A stretch of 64,000 bases of DNA from NCBI GenBank assembly GCA_044376115.1, contig JBILLK010000004.1, positions 320,001 to 384,000 on the forward strand, written 5' to 3'. Positions 20,113 through 29,314 of this stretch are shown here, in pieces (the stretch's first letter is position 1; each line of letters opens with the position of its first letter). The stretch comes from Polyangiaceae bacterium (lineage in GTDB: Bacteria; Myxococcota_A; Polyangia; Polyangiales; Polyangiaceae). The notes below the pieces were generated by a model. The model did no database searches. It saw only the letters and a program-made list of their open reading frames with translations, and was not told the DNA's origin. Position numbers and translations under genes: made by a program.

Positions 20113-21618
20113 TCAGGAACCAGCGGTCATGCGGTTCTCCCCCGCCTTGACGATCACCTTCTTGGGCGGAAGGGCCGTGGCCTCCTCGGCCTCGATTTGG
20201 TCGAACAGGAAGTAGGTGCCCTCGGCCTGCGTGGGCGTCACCTCGAGCACGAGGTAACCGCGTCGCGCTACGTCCACGAATTTGAAGTTGGGCGAACTCA
20301 TCACCAGCTCATTGCCCAGCTCGGAGAAAATTTCGGGTGGTAGGCCGGGCGCGCTAACCGCCGGAGCCACCATCTCCACCGCGATCGATCCAGCTCCCGT
20401 TGCCGGATCGTACTCGGTGCCCTCCGGGTAGAGATCCGAGGCCCACGAGGTGTGAATATCGCCAGTAAGGACGATCACGTCGTTGAGCGATTCGGTTGCG
20501 ATGAGGCTATAGAAGCGCTCGCGAGCCGGCACGTAGCCGTCCCATTGATCGGTGTTGATGAGCGCCTCGAGCGGAAGCACGGCCATCATCACTTGCTGGC
20601 CGACGAGCTTCCAACGAGCCGGCGAGGCTTTGAGTCCATCGAACAGCCACGCCTCTTGATCATCCCCGAGCAAGGTGCGGTCAGGGTCAAGGATGGCCGG
20701 GTCATCCTTGTCGACGGCAGCCTTATCCCGACCCCACAATCGAGTGTCGAGCAGGAACAACTGGAACAGATCGCCGTAGGTGAATGAACGGAAGATCTTG
20801 GTGGGGTCCTCCACCCGCAGCGGCATCCACTCGGAGTAAGCGCGAGCGGCGGCGGCCCTGCGGTCGCTGAACTTCCCTTCGGTCGCCTCATCGTGGTTCT
20901 CAGCGCCGTCTGTCCAGGCGTCATTGGCGAGCTCGTGATCGTCCCAAATCACGAACCAAGCGTGTTGCTGATGGGCGGCCTGTAGCCAAGCGTCTTTGCG
21001 GTAGTGCGCGTAGCGCTTGCGATAGTCCTCGAGCGTAACGATTTCGTGCGGCGGATCGTAGGTTCGGACTTCACCGTACTCACCGTCACCGTACTCGTAG
21101 ATGTAGTCGCCCAGGTGGATGACGGCATCGAGGTCGTCGATCTCCGAGAGCGCCTTGTAGCTGTGGAAGTAGCCGTGGGCGTAGCTCGCGCATGAGACGA
21201 TGGCGAGCTTGGCGCGCTCCGGGCTGCCCTCAGCGAGGGTCTTTGCGCGACCGACTGGCGAAGGCTGCTCTGCGGCGAAGAAGCGATAGAAGTAGGTCGT
21301 CGCCGGCGAGAGACCAGTCACGTCGACCTTCACGGTGAAGTCGGAGTCCGCGTTGGTGGTGACCTCGCCCGAGTCGAGAATGTCGGTCATGTCCTTGTCA
21401 CTGGCGATCTCCCACTCGACCACGAGTTCGCTCTCGCTGGTGGTGACGCGGGTCCAGATGATCACCGCATCGCTGAGTGGGTCACCGCTCGCAACGCCGT
21501 GGAGGAAGACCGACTCCGGCTCCGGCTCCGGTAGCGTCTCGCTGTCGTCGCCACAGGCCGTTAGAGAGGAGCCAATGGCTGCTGCACCACCAAGGAAGAA
21601 CCGCCGAGAGTGCTTCAT
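20113..21618 (-). CDS. phoD: PhoD-family alkaline phosphatase, Tat-exported lipoprotein
   Basis: SRRFFL twin-Arg, lipobox LTAC; FLHGVASGDP, HLGDYIYE, WDDHE, LDTR, DQWDGY, LTGDIH. Start placed at the second Met (MKHSRR). Confidence 0.95.
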   Translation of the reverse strand: MKHSRRFFLGGAAAIGSSLTACGDDSETLPEPEPESVFLHGVASGDPLSDAVIIWTRVTTSESELVVEWEIASDKDMTDILDSGEVTTNADSDFTVKVDVTGLSPATTYFYRFFAAEQPSPVGRAKTLAEGSPERAKLAIVSCASYAHGYFHSYKALSEIDDLDAVIHLGDYIYEYGDGEYGEVRTYDPPHEIVTLEDYRKRYAHYRKDAWLQAAHQQHAWFVIWDDHELANDAWTDGAENHDEATEGKFSDRRAAAARAYSEWMPLRVEDPTKIFRSFTYGDLFQLFLLDTRLWGRDKAAVDKDDPAILDPDRTLLGDDQEAWLFDGLKASPARWKLVGQQVMMAVLPLEALINTDQWDGYVPARERFYSLIATESLNDVIVLTGDIHTSWASDLYPEGTEYDPATGAGSIAVEMVAPAVSAPGLPPEIFSELGNELVMSSPNFKFVDVARRGYLVLEVTPTQAEGTYFLFDQIEAEEATALPPKKVIVKAGENRMTAGS

Positions 21619-21667
21619 GCGCCGGGGTGTGTCGGAGAGGCTGAGTTGCGTCAAGCGCTCCATCGCG

Positions 21668-21704
21668 TGTCACCAAGTTGTCACGCAAGCCACCGAGGTG
21701 TCAC
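21668..21704. promoter_or_regulatory. Pho-box-like direct repeats
   Basis: TGTCAC at 21668, 21679 and 21699, plus AGCCAC at 21688, forming two pairs with 11-bp period between divergent phoD and the porin gene. Confidence 0.7.
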
Positions 21705-21741
21705 AGAACTGATGCCGAGACACGACTAGGGTTCGCGCTCG

Positions 21742-23178
21742 ATGAAGCGCAAATTGCCCTCGCCGCGAGCAACGTTCTCCCCCTGGCTATTGGCGCTAGG
21801 AATCGTGACGGCGGTGGACCAGCTCGCGATCGCTCAGCCAGCTGACCCACCCAAGGGCCCTGGCGCCGGTCAACCAGCCCCCGCCGACGCGCCCGCGGAA
21901 CCCAAGCTCCAGGAGCCGCCCGCGGAACCCAAGCCCGTCGAGACCAAACCCGCCGAACCGCCCGTTGAGACCAAGCCCGCGGAACCCAAGCCCGCGGAGA
22001 CCAAGCCCGACGACGCGAAGCCCGCTGAAGGAAGCGACGCGCGCAAGAAGCAAAAGGTCGATGACGTCTTTGCTTTGCCGGCGGATGACCCGCGCGTACC
22101 GACCTTTTTGCGCGCGCTGCGCGTCGGTAAAGACTCGTTGATGCTCGGTGGCTGGATTCGCCCGGGCTTCACCTATGTCAGCGACAGCGACTTCAATGAC
22201 GACGACACCGATGGCTTCGACTTCGACGACGCTCGTTTGATCGGCCTCGGCGACCTCGAGATCTACGAGGGGCTAGGTGCGAGCTTCCGCTTCAACTTCG
22301 ACGTGAATCGCGGCAACTTCTCGGTACGCGATACCTTCGGCTCGATCACCTACAAGAAGGATCTGATCGCGCTCGACGTTGGCTTGTTCAAGACGCCGCT
22401 CGGGCTATCGCTGCTGCAGTCGCAGTCCAAGATGCAGTTCCCGATCAACACCATCATTCGCCGACTGGCCTTCGGTCGCGATCTAGGCGTTCAATTGCGC
22501 TCGGACTTCCCGATTGGACCGGCCTGGTTCCACGTGGCCGCGATGGTCGCGAACGGAGAAGGTGGCTTTCGTCAGCGCCGCAACCTGGACAACGAGTTCG
22601 TGTACGTGGGGCGCGTGGAGGTTTCGCCGTTGGGGCGCATGGAGCGCTCCGAATCAGACCTCGAAAACAGCGACTTTCAGCTCTCCGCCGGCTTCAGCGC
22701 CGGCCACAATTCGGCCCTGACCAACGATCTCGGCCTGCAAGACGCAGGCGCGCAAGAAACCAAGATCGGTGGGGACGTACGCATGTGGTTCAAGGGCGCG
22801 AGCCTGCGAGCCGAATACTTGCGCGGTCTGCGCGGGGATGTCGAAGGAAGCGCTGGCTTCGATCGCTACGGCTTGGTGGTGCAAGCCGGCTACGTGCTGC
22901 CTATTCCCATCCCCCTGCCGAGGTTCGAGATCGTCGCGCGCTACCAACAGGCCGACGTCAACACCGAGCTCGCCGGCGACGAGGGCGATGACTACCTGAT
23001 CGACAACACCGAAACGCGTGTGATGCAGTTCGGCGCGAACGCCTACATCGCCAACCACGCCGTGAAGATCCAAGCCATGTACCAGCTGACGGATCTTCTT
23101 GAGGGTCGCGTCCCCACTGGAGAGGATGTACCGATTGGTGACGCCTTCGTGATGGCTACCCAGTTTGCCTGGCTCTGA
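21742..23178 (+). CDS. Outer-membrane porin, OprO/OprP (phosphate-selective)-like
   Basis: Signal peptide, Pro/Glu/Lys spacer, beta-barrel pattern with DARL, G.FKTP, GRDLGV, ANGEG, GRVEVSPLG, aromatic C-terminus; phosphate context. Confidence 0.75.
   Translation: MKRKLPSPRATFSPWLLALGIVTAVDQLAIAQPADPPKGPGAGQPAPADAPAEPKLQEPPAEPKPVETKPAEPPVETKPAEPKPAETKPDDAKPAEGSDARKKQKVDDVFALPADDPRVPTFLRALRVGKDSLMLGGWIRPGFTYVSDSDFNDDDTDGFDFDDARLIGLGDLEIYEGLGASFRFNFDVNRGNFSVRDTFGSITYKKDLIALDVGLFKTPLGLSLLQSQSKMQFPINTIIRRLAFGRDLGVQLRSDFPIGPAWFHVAAMVANGEGGFRQRRNLDNEFVYVGRVEVSPLGRMERSESDLENSDFQLSAGFSAGHNSALTNDLGLQDAGAQETKIGGDVRMWFKGASLRAEYLRGLRGDVEGSAGFDRYGLVVQAGYVLPIPIPLPRFEIVARYQQADVNTELAGDEGDDYLIDNTETRVMQFGANAYIANHAVKIQAMYQLTDLLEGRVPTGEDVPIGDAFVMATQFAWL
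21892..22029 (+). repeat. Coding degenerate repeat (PAEPK/PVETK) forming a Pro-rich spacer
   Basis: Recurring cccgcggaacccaag and gagaccaagccc units. Confidence 0.7.
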
Positions 23179-23218
23179 ACGCTGCTAATCGACTCGTGCA
23201 TCTTCAAAGGAGTTTCTT

Positions 23219-24325
23219 ATGTTGAACCGTTCTATGCGTGTTGCTGCCGGCGTTGCGCTGCTCTTGGCCGTTGCTTGTCGCGGAGGTGGTGACGGGTCGG
23301 GAGCCAGCGGCGGGTCGGGAGGCAGTGGTGGCTCGGGTCAGGGTGGTCTCTCGAGCGCGACGGAGCTGCAGTGCCCGTACCCCGGGCAGCTACCTTTTGA
23401 GCTTGAGTCCTCGGGGTTCCAGAAGCCCGACAACAAGACGCTCGCTGACAACAATACCCGCAGCAAAGACGAGACAGCCGACACGCTTGGCCTCCCCGAT
23501 GGCGTCATCGCCAACACCTTCATCGACGTCGCAGGCAGCCCGGCTGCAGGGGACATCAACTACCGTGGGCGCAAAGCTCGGACCGGCAACGGCAGCGGCT
23601 TGCTCGGCTTCCCGCTCCCGGAGGAGAACGTCAGCCTCTGGTACTACGACCCCAGCGCCAAGGCGTGGCAGACGCTCGGACGAGCGGTCACCGACACCAA
23701 CGGCTACTACGACATCACGCCGAGCTCCGCTGTCGAGACGGCCTTGGGCCAGCCTGTGTACGCGGTGCTCGAAGGCGACGGAAGCTGCGCCGAGCACTAC
23801 GACTACCTGCTGCCCAGCGGTACCAAGGTGGTCCTCACCGACATCGACGGCACCATGACCTTGAGCGACGAGGAGCTGTTCAAGCAGATCGACGACGGTA
23901 ACTACGACCCGCTCGAGAACACCTCGTCGTCGGTGATGATGAACAAGTGGAGCGAGAAGGGCTACGAGATCGTCTACCTCACTGCCAGACCCCACAACTT
24001 CCGCGCCGAGACCCGTGCCTGGCTGCAAGACCACGACTTCCCGGTTGGGCCAGTGATCTCGGCCAATGAGCTGGTGTTCGACGAGTCGGCGCGCGACTAC
24101 AAGAGCGCCTGGGTAGAGCGCATCACCGGCGACTTCGGTTGGGACATCATCGCCGCCTACGGCAACGCAGAGAGCGACGTGCAGGCGTACGAAGACGCCG
24201 GCATCCCGAAGGACATCACCTTCATCATCGGGCCGTTCGCTGGCTCCTCGGGCACGCAGGCGATCGAGAACAACGACTACACGGCGCACATCTCCGACTT
24301 CGTCGATCCGTACCCGGCCAACTAA
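23219..24325 (+). CDS. Lipoprotein HAD-family phosphatase (LNS2/PITP-like)
   Basis: Lipobox AVAC, Gly/Ser linker; HAD motif I DIDGT, YLTARP, AAYGN..SD..AY...GI. Confidence 0.82.
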   Translation: MLNRSMRVAAGVALLLAVACRGGGDGSGASGGSGGSGGSGQGGLSSATELQCPYPGQLPFELESSGFQKPDNKTLADNNTRSKDETADTLGLPDGVIANTFIDVAGSPAAGDINYRGRKARTGNGSGLLGFPLPEENVSLWYYDPSAKAWQTLGRAVTDTNGYYDITPSSAVETALGQPVYAVLEGDGSCAEHYDYLLPSGTKVVLTDIDGTMTLSDEELFKQIDDGNYDPLENTSSSVMMNKWSEKGYEIVYLTARPHNFRAETRAWLQDHDFPVGPVISANELVFDESARDYKSAWVERITGDFGWDIIAAYGNAESDVQAYEDAGIPKDITFIIGPFAGSSGTQAIENNDYTAHISDFVDPYPAN

Positions 24326-24350
24326 CTTAGCCGGTCGACTTCGAGCGACC

Positions 24351-24386
24351 AACGCGCGCGCTGCCTGTAAGGGCAATGCGCGCGTT
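24351..24386. terminator. Inverted repeat after the HAD gene (terminator or activator site)
   Basis: AACGCGCGC (24351-24359) pairs with GCGCGCGTT (24378-24386); inner TGCC/GGCA. Confidence 0.4.
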
Positions 24387-24418
24387 CGCGTTTTCGAACG
24401 GCTGGACGAGGCGCAGCT

Positions 24419-24433
24419 TGGCACTGAGCTTGC
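24419..24433 (+). promoter_or_regulatory. Sigma54 -24/-12 promoter for DUF2330 operon
   Basis: Exact TGGCAC-N5-TTGC (TGGCACTGAGCTTGC). Confidence 0.75.
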
Positions 24434-24540
24434 GATACGGCCTGCGTTCCTTCCTTTCTCTCCGCCTATTCATATTCGTTTTCAACCTTTCTTCGCCCGA
24501 CAGCCATGACAACGCTGTCGCGCCCTCCATCGGGAGCCTC

Positions 24541-26037
24541 ATGAACCTTCGACGTCTTGTCTTAGCGGCGACGCTGTCGTCCGCTGCGGTGACCCTTTGT
24601 CCGACTGATGCGGACGCCTGCGGAGCATGTTTGGCGCCTCCGCCGGACCTCACGCAGGAGCCGCCGCCGCTCGTCGGCGCGCACCGAATGGTGCTTTCGA
24701 TGTCCACGGACCGCACCATTCTTTGGGACCAAATTCAATTTGCCGGCGAGGCCAGCGAGTTCGCTTGGATTCTCCCGGTGAAGCCTGGCGCAACCGTTGA
24801 ACTCGGCTCCAACGCCTGGCTCGATACGCTCGACGCCGCTACCACGCCGCAGATCATCCCGCCCAACGCAGACTGTGATGGCACTGCGTCCTGTTCGATG
24901 TCGGCAGAGGCGGTCGTCATGGGCTGTGGCGACGGTGGTGCCGAATTGGGACCGGTCGAGGCAACCCCAAGCGTCGACGTCGTCTCGCGTGAGAGCGCAG
25001 GTCCGTACGAGATCGTGATCCTACGCAGCAACTCGGATAACTCACTGCGGGTTTGGCTCGATGAACACGGCTTCGCCATCCCGGCCGACTTCGACCCCAT
25101 CATCGACGACTACATCGACGAGGGCTTCGACTTCGCTGCCTTGCGGCTGCTGCCGGCGGCGGGCGTTTCCCAGATGCGTCCCGTGCGCGTGCAGCAGCCT
25201 GGGGCGGTGCCGGTGCTCCCGCTGCGAATGGTGGCGGGCGGCGCTGGCGCACGCACGCCGATGAGCTTGTTCATCGTCACCGAGGGACGCTACGAGCCGC
25301 TGAATTTCCCTTCGGGGAGCGTCAATCCGGCCAACCTCAACTACGACTTCAACACCCTCTCGAGCAACTACGCAGCCGAGCGCGACCGCCTGCTGGACTT
25401 GAACAACAACGGCTTTTGGGCGGTGACGTACGCAGCTCCCGGCAGCTTGTTCAAGGTGATCGAGAACCCCTCCAACGAGCTGCCCCTCACCTATCGCATC
25501 TCCAACGGCTGGAGCTATGAGACCTTCTATGAGGCCTACCTCAGCCAGGCCTTCGTCAATGGCGAGACCGCCAGTACCGAATGCGTCGACGCGCTGGCTG
25601 CGCTTCGTACCGAAGGTCGTCGCGTCGTTGACCCCTGCGACGACGAGGGCGAATGCCGCACCGTGACCGCCGACGAGATCGACGTACGCAGCCTCGAGTG
25701 CGAAGCACCCATCGGCAGCGACGTGCCCTTTGACGACCTCGCGGCGGCGCTCGTGGGCCTGCATCCCAAAGACGTTTGGGTCACGCGGCTCGACGCGAAC
25801 CTCTCGAAGGAGGCGATGGTGAATGATCTGGTGCTCACGCCCGCCCCTGGCCAAAACGAGCTCGATCTCTTCGTCACGCCGTTTCGCGGACGCAACACTC
25901 CCTGCGCTGGACGCGCAACCGTCGCTCGTAGTTCGCGCATCGGACGCTTCGGCACCGGCGTTGTGCTGACCGCGATCCTGGCGCTCGCGCTGACTCGACG
26001 TTACGGCCGTCGCACGGTGGTTCGGGGGCAAGCATGA
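24541..26037 (+). CDS. DUF2330-family surface protein with MYXO-CTERM-like C-terminal anchor
   Basis: ADACGAC N-terminus, HRMVLS, LWDQI, EFAWILPV, GPYE, WL..HGF, F.ALRL, LPLRMV, W.TRL; Cys, TM helix, then RRYGRR. Confidence 0.82.
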   Translation: MNLRRLVLAATLSSAAVTLCPTDADACGACLAPPPDLTQEPPPLVGAHRMVLSMSTDRTILWDQIQFAGEASEFAWILPVKPGATVELGSNAWLDTLDAATTPQIIPPNADCDGTASCSMSAEAVVMGCGDGGAELGPVEATPSVDVVSRESAGPYEIVILRSNSDNSLRVWLDEHGFAIPADFDPIIDDYIDEGFDFAALRLLPAAGVSQMRPVRVQQPGAVPVLPLRMVAGGAGARTPMSLFIVTEGRYEPLNFPSGSVNPANLNYDFNTLSSNYAAERDRLLDLNNNGFWAVTYAAPGSLFKVIENPSNELPLTYRISNGWSYETFYEAYLSQAFVNGETASTECVDALAALRTEGRRVVDPCDDEGECRTVTADEIDVRSLECEAPIGSDVPFDDLAAALVGLHPKDVWVTRLDANLSKEAMVNDLVLTPAPGQNELDLFVTPFRGRNTPCAGRATVARSSRIGRFGTGVVLTAILALALTRRYGRRTVVRGQA

Positions 26038-27584
26038 GGCCGCAGAACTTCCTTTCGCACCCGCTATTTCTCGGCAACCTGGCATTGCTCCTGCTGAACG
26101 ATCACGTGCTCAAAGGCGCGGGCGTCCTGCCCAACGCGGTGACGGGTAAGCTCTCCGACGTTGCCGGCATGTTCGTGGCGCCGGTGCTGCTCGCGCTGCT
26201 ATGCCGCGTGCGATCGAAGAGCGGCGTGATCGCGGCTCACGTGGCGGTCGGAGTCGTTTTCTCGTGCCTCGAGCTTTGGCCTAGCGCGAGCACCTTCGCG
26301 AGCGAGCTCGCAGGCTTCGTCGGCTGGCGCTGGGTCGCGACGGCCGACTGGACCGACGTGCTGACGACGCTGACGCTGGTCCCGGCTTGCTGGCTCGTGC
26401 TGCGTGAAGCCGCGCGGCCGAGCGATGTCGGCGCACGCGCAATCTTCAACCAACGCAGCGTTGGCTTCGCGGCCAGCCTCGCCTGCGCGGCCAGCACCGG
26501 GACGCCCGAGTGGTCGCCCACCGACGATAACGATCTCGACGGCTTTCTTGGCGATGTCGATTGCAACGACTTCGACGCGCTGGTCAATCCGGGCGCTGGT
26601 AACTGCCCTGGCGAAGGTGTTGAGGCATGCTCCGATGGCGTCGACAACAACGGCGACGGTGCGATCGATTGCGCCGATCCCGATTGCAGCTTCGCTTGCG
26701 AAGATACCTTTGCCGCCTGCGGCATCGCCCAGCCCTTGCTTGAAACGGAGGGAGTGCTGATCGGTTCGACCTTGCAAAACGCGACGTGGGCGCTCGAGGG
26801 GACCTGCGGTGGAGCCGACTCGCCGGAGATGGTGATCTCGCTCTCGGTGCTCGAGCCAACCCTGCTCACCGTCGAGCCGCCGGAGGGCCACGTGGTCTAC
26901 CTGCGACAAGATTGCACGAGCGGCGCGAGCGAACTTCGCTGTGTCTCGTCGGAGGAGGACTTTGCAGAAGGCGCTCCGGTTTTGCAATACGAGCTCACGC
27001 CCTCACTCAACTACACGTTGGTGTTCGACGCGATCGATGGCTTCGACGCCGCCGACTTCGAGGCGCCGTTCGAACTCGAGACCCTTTACGTGTGCGGAGA
27101 TGGCTTCCTCGATCCAAACGAAGAGTGCGACGACGGAAACTTCGAGGACGGTGACTACTGCAGCTCACTTTGCACGATCACCGAGCCGTCGTGCTTCAGC
27201 ATTCCGGAGCTGCCGCTCGGCAAAGGCGAGACGCCGTTCCTCGCGGGCACGGTGGAGCTTGGTAGCAGCTGCAATGCGAACGGGCTCGGCGACCCCGAAC
27301 GAGCCTTCTGGTTCACTGCCCCCGCCGCCGGCACGCTCTCCGTCAGCGTCAACTCGGACGCGACCAACCTTTGGCTGTCGACCCGACTGGACGTCGGCGA
27401 GATCGGTTGCCCCAGCAGCGAGTTCAGCTGCATTCAGCAAGGCATTATCGGCTCTTCGGTCTCCGAGCTGATTCCGCTCGAGGCCGAGCAGCGCGTGCTG
27501 GTGATGATCGAAGGCTACGGACCGCTGCTGACGCCGGAGAGCACCCTGCAGCTGGACGTGACATTTAACGAGAATCCCCCGTGA
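26034..27584 (+). CDS. Membrane-anchored Cys-rich extracellular protein
   Basis: N-terminal TM bundle (LLLLNDHVLK, VTGKLSDVAG, DWTD); D-rich metal-binding-type repeat (DNDLDGF...DCNDFD...NPGA...CSDGVDNNGDG); myxobacterial Cys-rich repeat (CGDG...EECDDGN..DGDYCSSLC); ATGA overlap with DUF2330. Confidence 0.72.
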   Translation: MRPQNFLSHPLFLGNLALLLLNDHVLKGAGVLPNAVTGKLSDVAGMFVAPVLLALLCRVRSKSGVIAAHVAVGVVFSCLELWPSASTFASELAGFVGWRWVATADWTDVLTTLTLVPACWLVLREAARPSDVGARAIFNQRSVGFAASLACAASTGTPEWSPTDDNDLDGFLGDVDCNDFDALVNPGAGNCPGEGVEACSDGVDNNGDGAIDCADPDCSFACEDTFAACGIAQPLLETEGVLIGSTLQNATWALEGTCGGADSPEMVISLSVLEPTLLTVEPPEGHVVYLRQDCTSGASELRCVSSEEDFAEGAPVLQYELTPSLNYTLVFDAIDGFDAADFEAPFELETLYVCGDGFLDPNEECDDGNFEDGDYCSSLCTITEPSCFSIPELPLGKGETPFLAGTVELGSSCNANGLGDPERAFWFTAPAAGTLSVSVNSDATNLWLSTRLDVGEIGCPSSEFSCIQQGIIGSSVSELIPLEAEQRVLVMIEGYGPLLTPESTLQLDVTFNENPP

Positions 27585-27627
27585 ATATCGATGACGCGTG
27601 CGAGCGGCCCCCATATTCTGCGCGGCC

Positions 27628-29313
27628 ATGCCTTCGCACGTAGCGTTCGCTGACGCCTTCAACCTCGCCCACTACTACCTCTTCGACCGCCTCAACGAAG
27701 GGCTCGCCGACAAGCCGGCGGTGCTGTTCGGTGAGCGGTCGTACAGCTACGGGGAGACGGCCGAGCGCGCCACCGCCTTTCAGCGCTTCTTGTCGCTGAA
27801 AGGCGTGCGCCGTGAAGAACGTGTCCTCATCATCCTGCACGACACGCCTGCGCATGTTTGGTCCTTCTTCGGCACGTTGCTGCACGGCGCGGTCGTCACC
27901 ATGGGCAACCCCGAGGCCCCCACGCAGGACCTCGCGTACTTGGTCGAATACACTCGCGCCACCGTCGTCATCACCATCGAGCGCGTGGCGGAGGCGCTCA
28001 AGGCCGAGCTCGGGTCGAAGCAGCTCAAGGCGGTGATCGTCGCGCGCGAAGTGGCGACCGGGGAAGACGTGCTCGACGAGCCGAGCGCCCTGCCGGAACT
28101 CGCGCTGGCTACGAGCCTGCCCAAGGCGCTGGAGGCTGGCGCAGCGGCCTCGAAGGACGATGAACACGCTCCGGTTCCGACCCATCGCGATGACATTGCG
28201 ATTTGGCTCTTCACCTCCGGTTCAACCGGCAAAAGCAAAGCCAACCTCCACGCGCACGGTGACTTCGCCTTCAACACCGAGGTCTACGCCAAAGGCACCG
28301 TGGGCTATCGGCGCGACGACATCACGGTCAGCGTGCCCCGCCTCTTTTTCGGCTACGCCACCGGCACCAACCTGATGTTCCCGTTCGCCGTCGGTGCCAC
28401 CACCGGCCTGTTCGCCGAGCGGCCTACGCCCGAGTCGCTGGTGCGTGCGATCGAGCGACATCGCGCGACGGTGGTCACCAACGTTCCGACGATGATGAGC
28501 AAGCTGCTCGACTTCGACGCGGCGAGGCAGGCGGACAGCGGCGCAGGTCTCGATCTCTCCAGTGTGCGCTTTCACCTCTCCGCCGGAGAGGCGCTCCCCG
28601 AACCGCTCTTGCGCCGCTTCACCGAGCGCTTCGGCGCCGAGGTTTACGACGGGATCGGCAGCGCCGAGATGTTTCACATCTATTGCTCCAACCGCCCCGG
28701 GGACGTGCGCCCCGGAACGCTCGGTCGCGTGGTGGAGGGCTACGAGCTCGCGATCCTGCCGGAAGAAGCCACAGCGCCCGGAGCGACCCCGGTCCCAACC
28801 GGCGAAGTCGGGGTGATGTGGGTCAAAGGGCCGTCGGCCTCGATGGGCTACTTCCAAGACCGCGAAAAGAGCTTCAAAACCTTCTTCGGCCCGTGGTGCC
28901 GGACCGGCGATCTATTCCGGCTCGATCACGAGGGCTACCTCACCTTCGTTGGGCGCTCCGACGACCTGCTCAAAGTGAGCGGTGTCTGGGTCGCGCCGCT
29001 CGAGGTGGAGGACTGCCTCTTGCGGCACCCGGCTGTAGCGATGGCGGCGGTGATCGGTCGCGAGGAGGAGGGGCTGGTCAAGGTGAAGGCGTTCATCGTG
29101 CTGCGGGACGAGCATCGGGCTTCGGCGGTGGGTACGCAGGCCAGCGCCCTCGCCGATCAGCTGCGCAACTTCGTCAAAGAGCGGCTCAGCAAACACAAGT
29201 ATCCGCGCTGGATCGTGTTCGCCGACGACCTGCCGAAGAACGACCGCGGCAAGGTGGATCGGCGCGCGCTTCGCGAGCTGGACGTACTTCCGAATGCAGC
29301 GTTGGGGCACTGA
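27628..29313 (+). CDS. Benzoate/2-aminobenzoate-CoA ligase family protein
   Basis: WLFTSGSTGKSK, LFFGYA, SAGEALP, DGIGSAE..HI, RTGD, GRSDDLLKVSG.WV.P.EVE, KYPR. Confidence 0.9.
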   Translation: MPSHVAFADAFNLAHYYLFDRLNEGLADKPAVLFGERSYSYGETAERATAFQRFLSLKGVRREERVLIILHDTPAHVWSFFGTLLHGAVVTMGNPEAPTQDLAYLVEYTRATVVITIERVAEALKAELGSKQLKAVIVAREVATGEDVLDEPSALPELALATSLPKALEAGAAASKDDEHAPVPTHRDDIAIWLFTSGSTGKSKANLHAHGDFAFNTEVYAKGTVGYRRDDITVSVPRLFFGYATGTNLMFPFAVGATTGLFAERPTPESLVRAIERHRATVVTNVPTMMSKLLDFDAARQADSGAGLDLSSVRFHLSAGEALPEPLLRRFTERFGAEVYDGIGSAEMFHIYCSNRPGDVRPGTLGRVVEGYELAILPEEATAPGATPVPTGEVGVMWVKGPSASMGYFQDREKSFKTFFGPWCRTGDLFRLDHEGYLTFVGRSDDLLKVSGVWVAPLEVEDCLLRHPAVAMAAVIGREEEGLVKVKAFIVLRDEHRASAVGTQASALADQLRNFVKERLSKHKYPRWIVFADDLPKNDRGKVDRRALRELDVLPNAALGH

Positions 29314-29314
29314 G

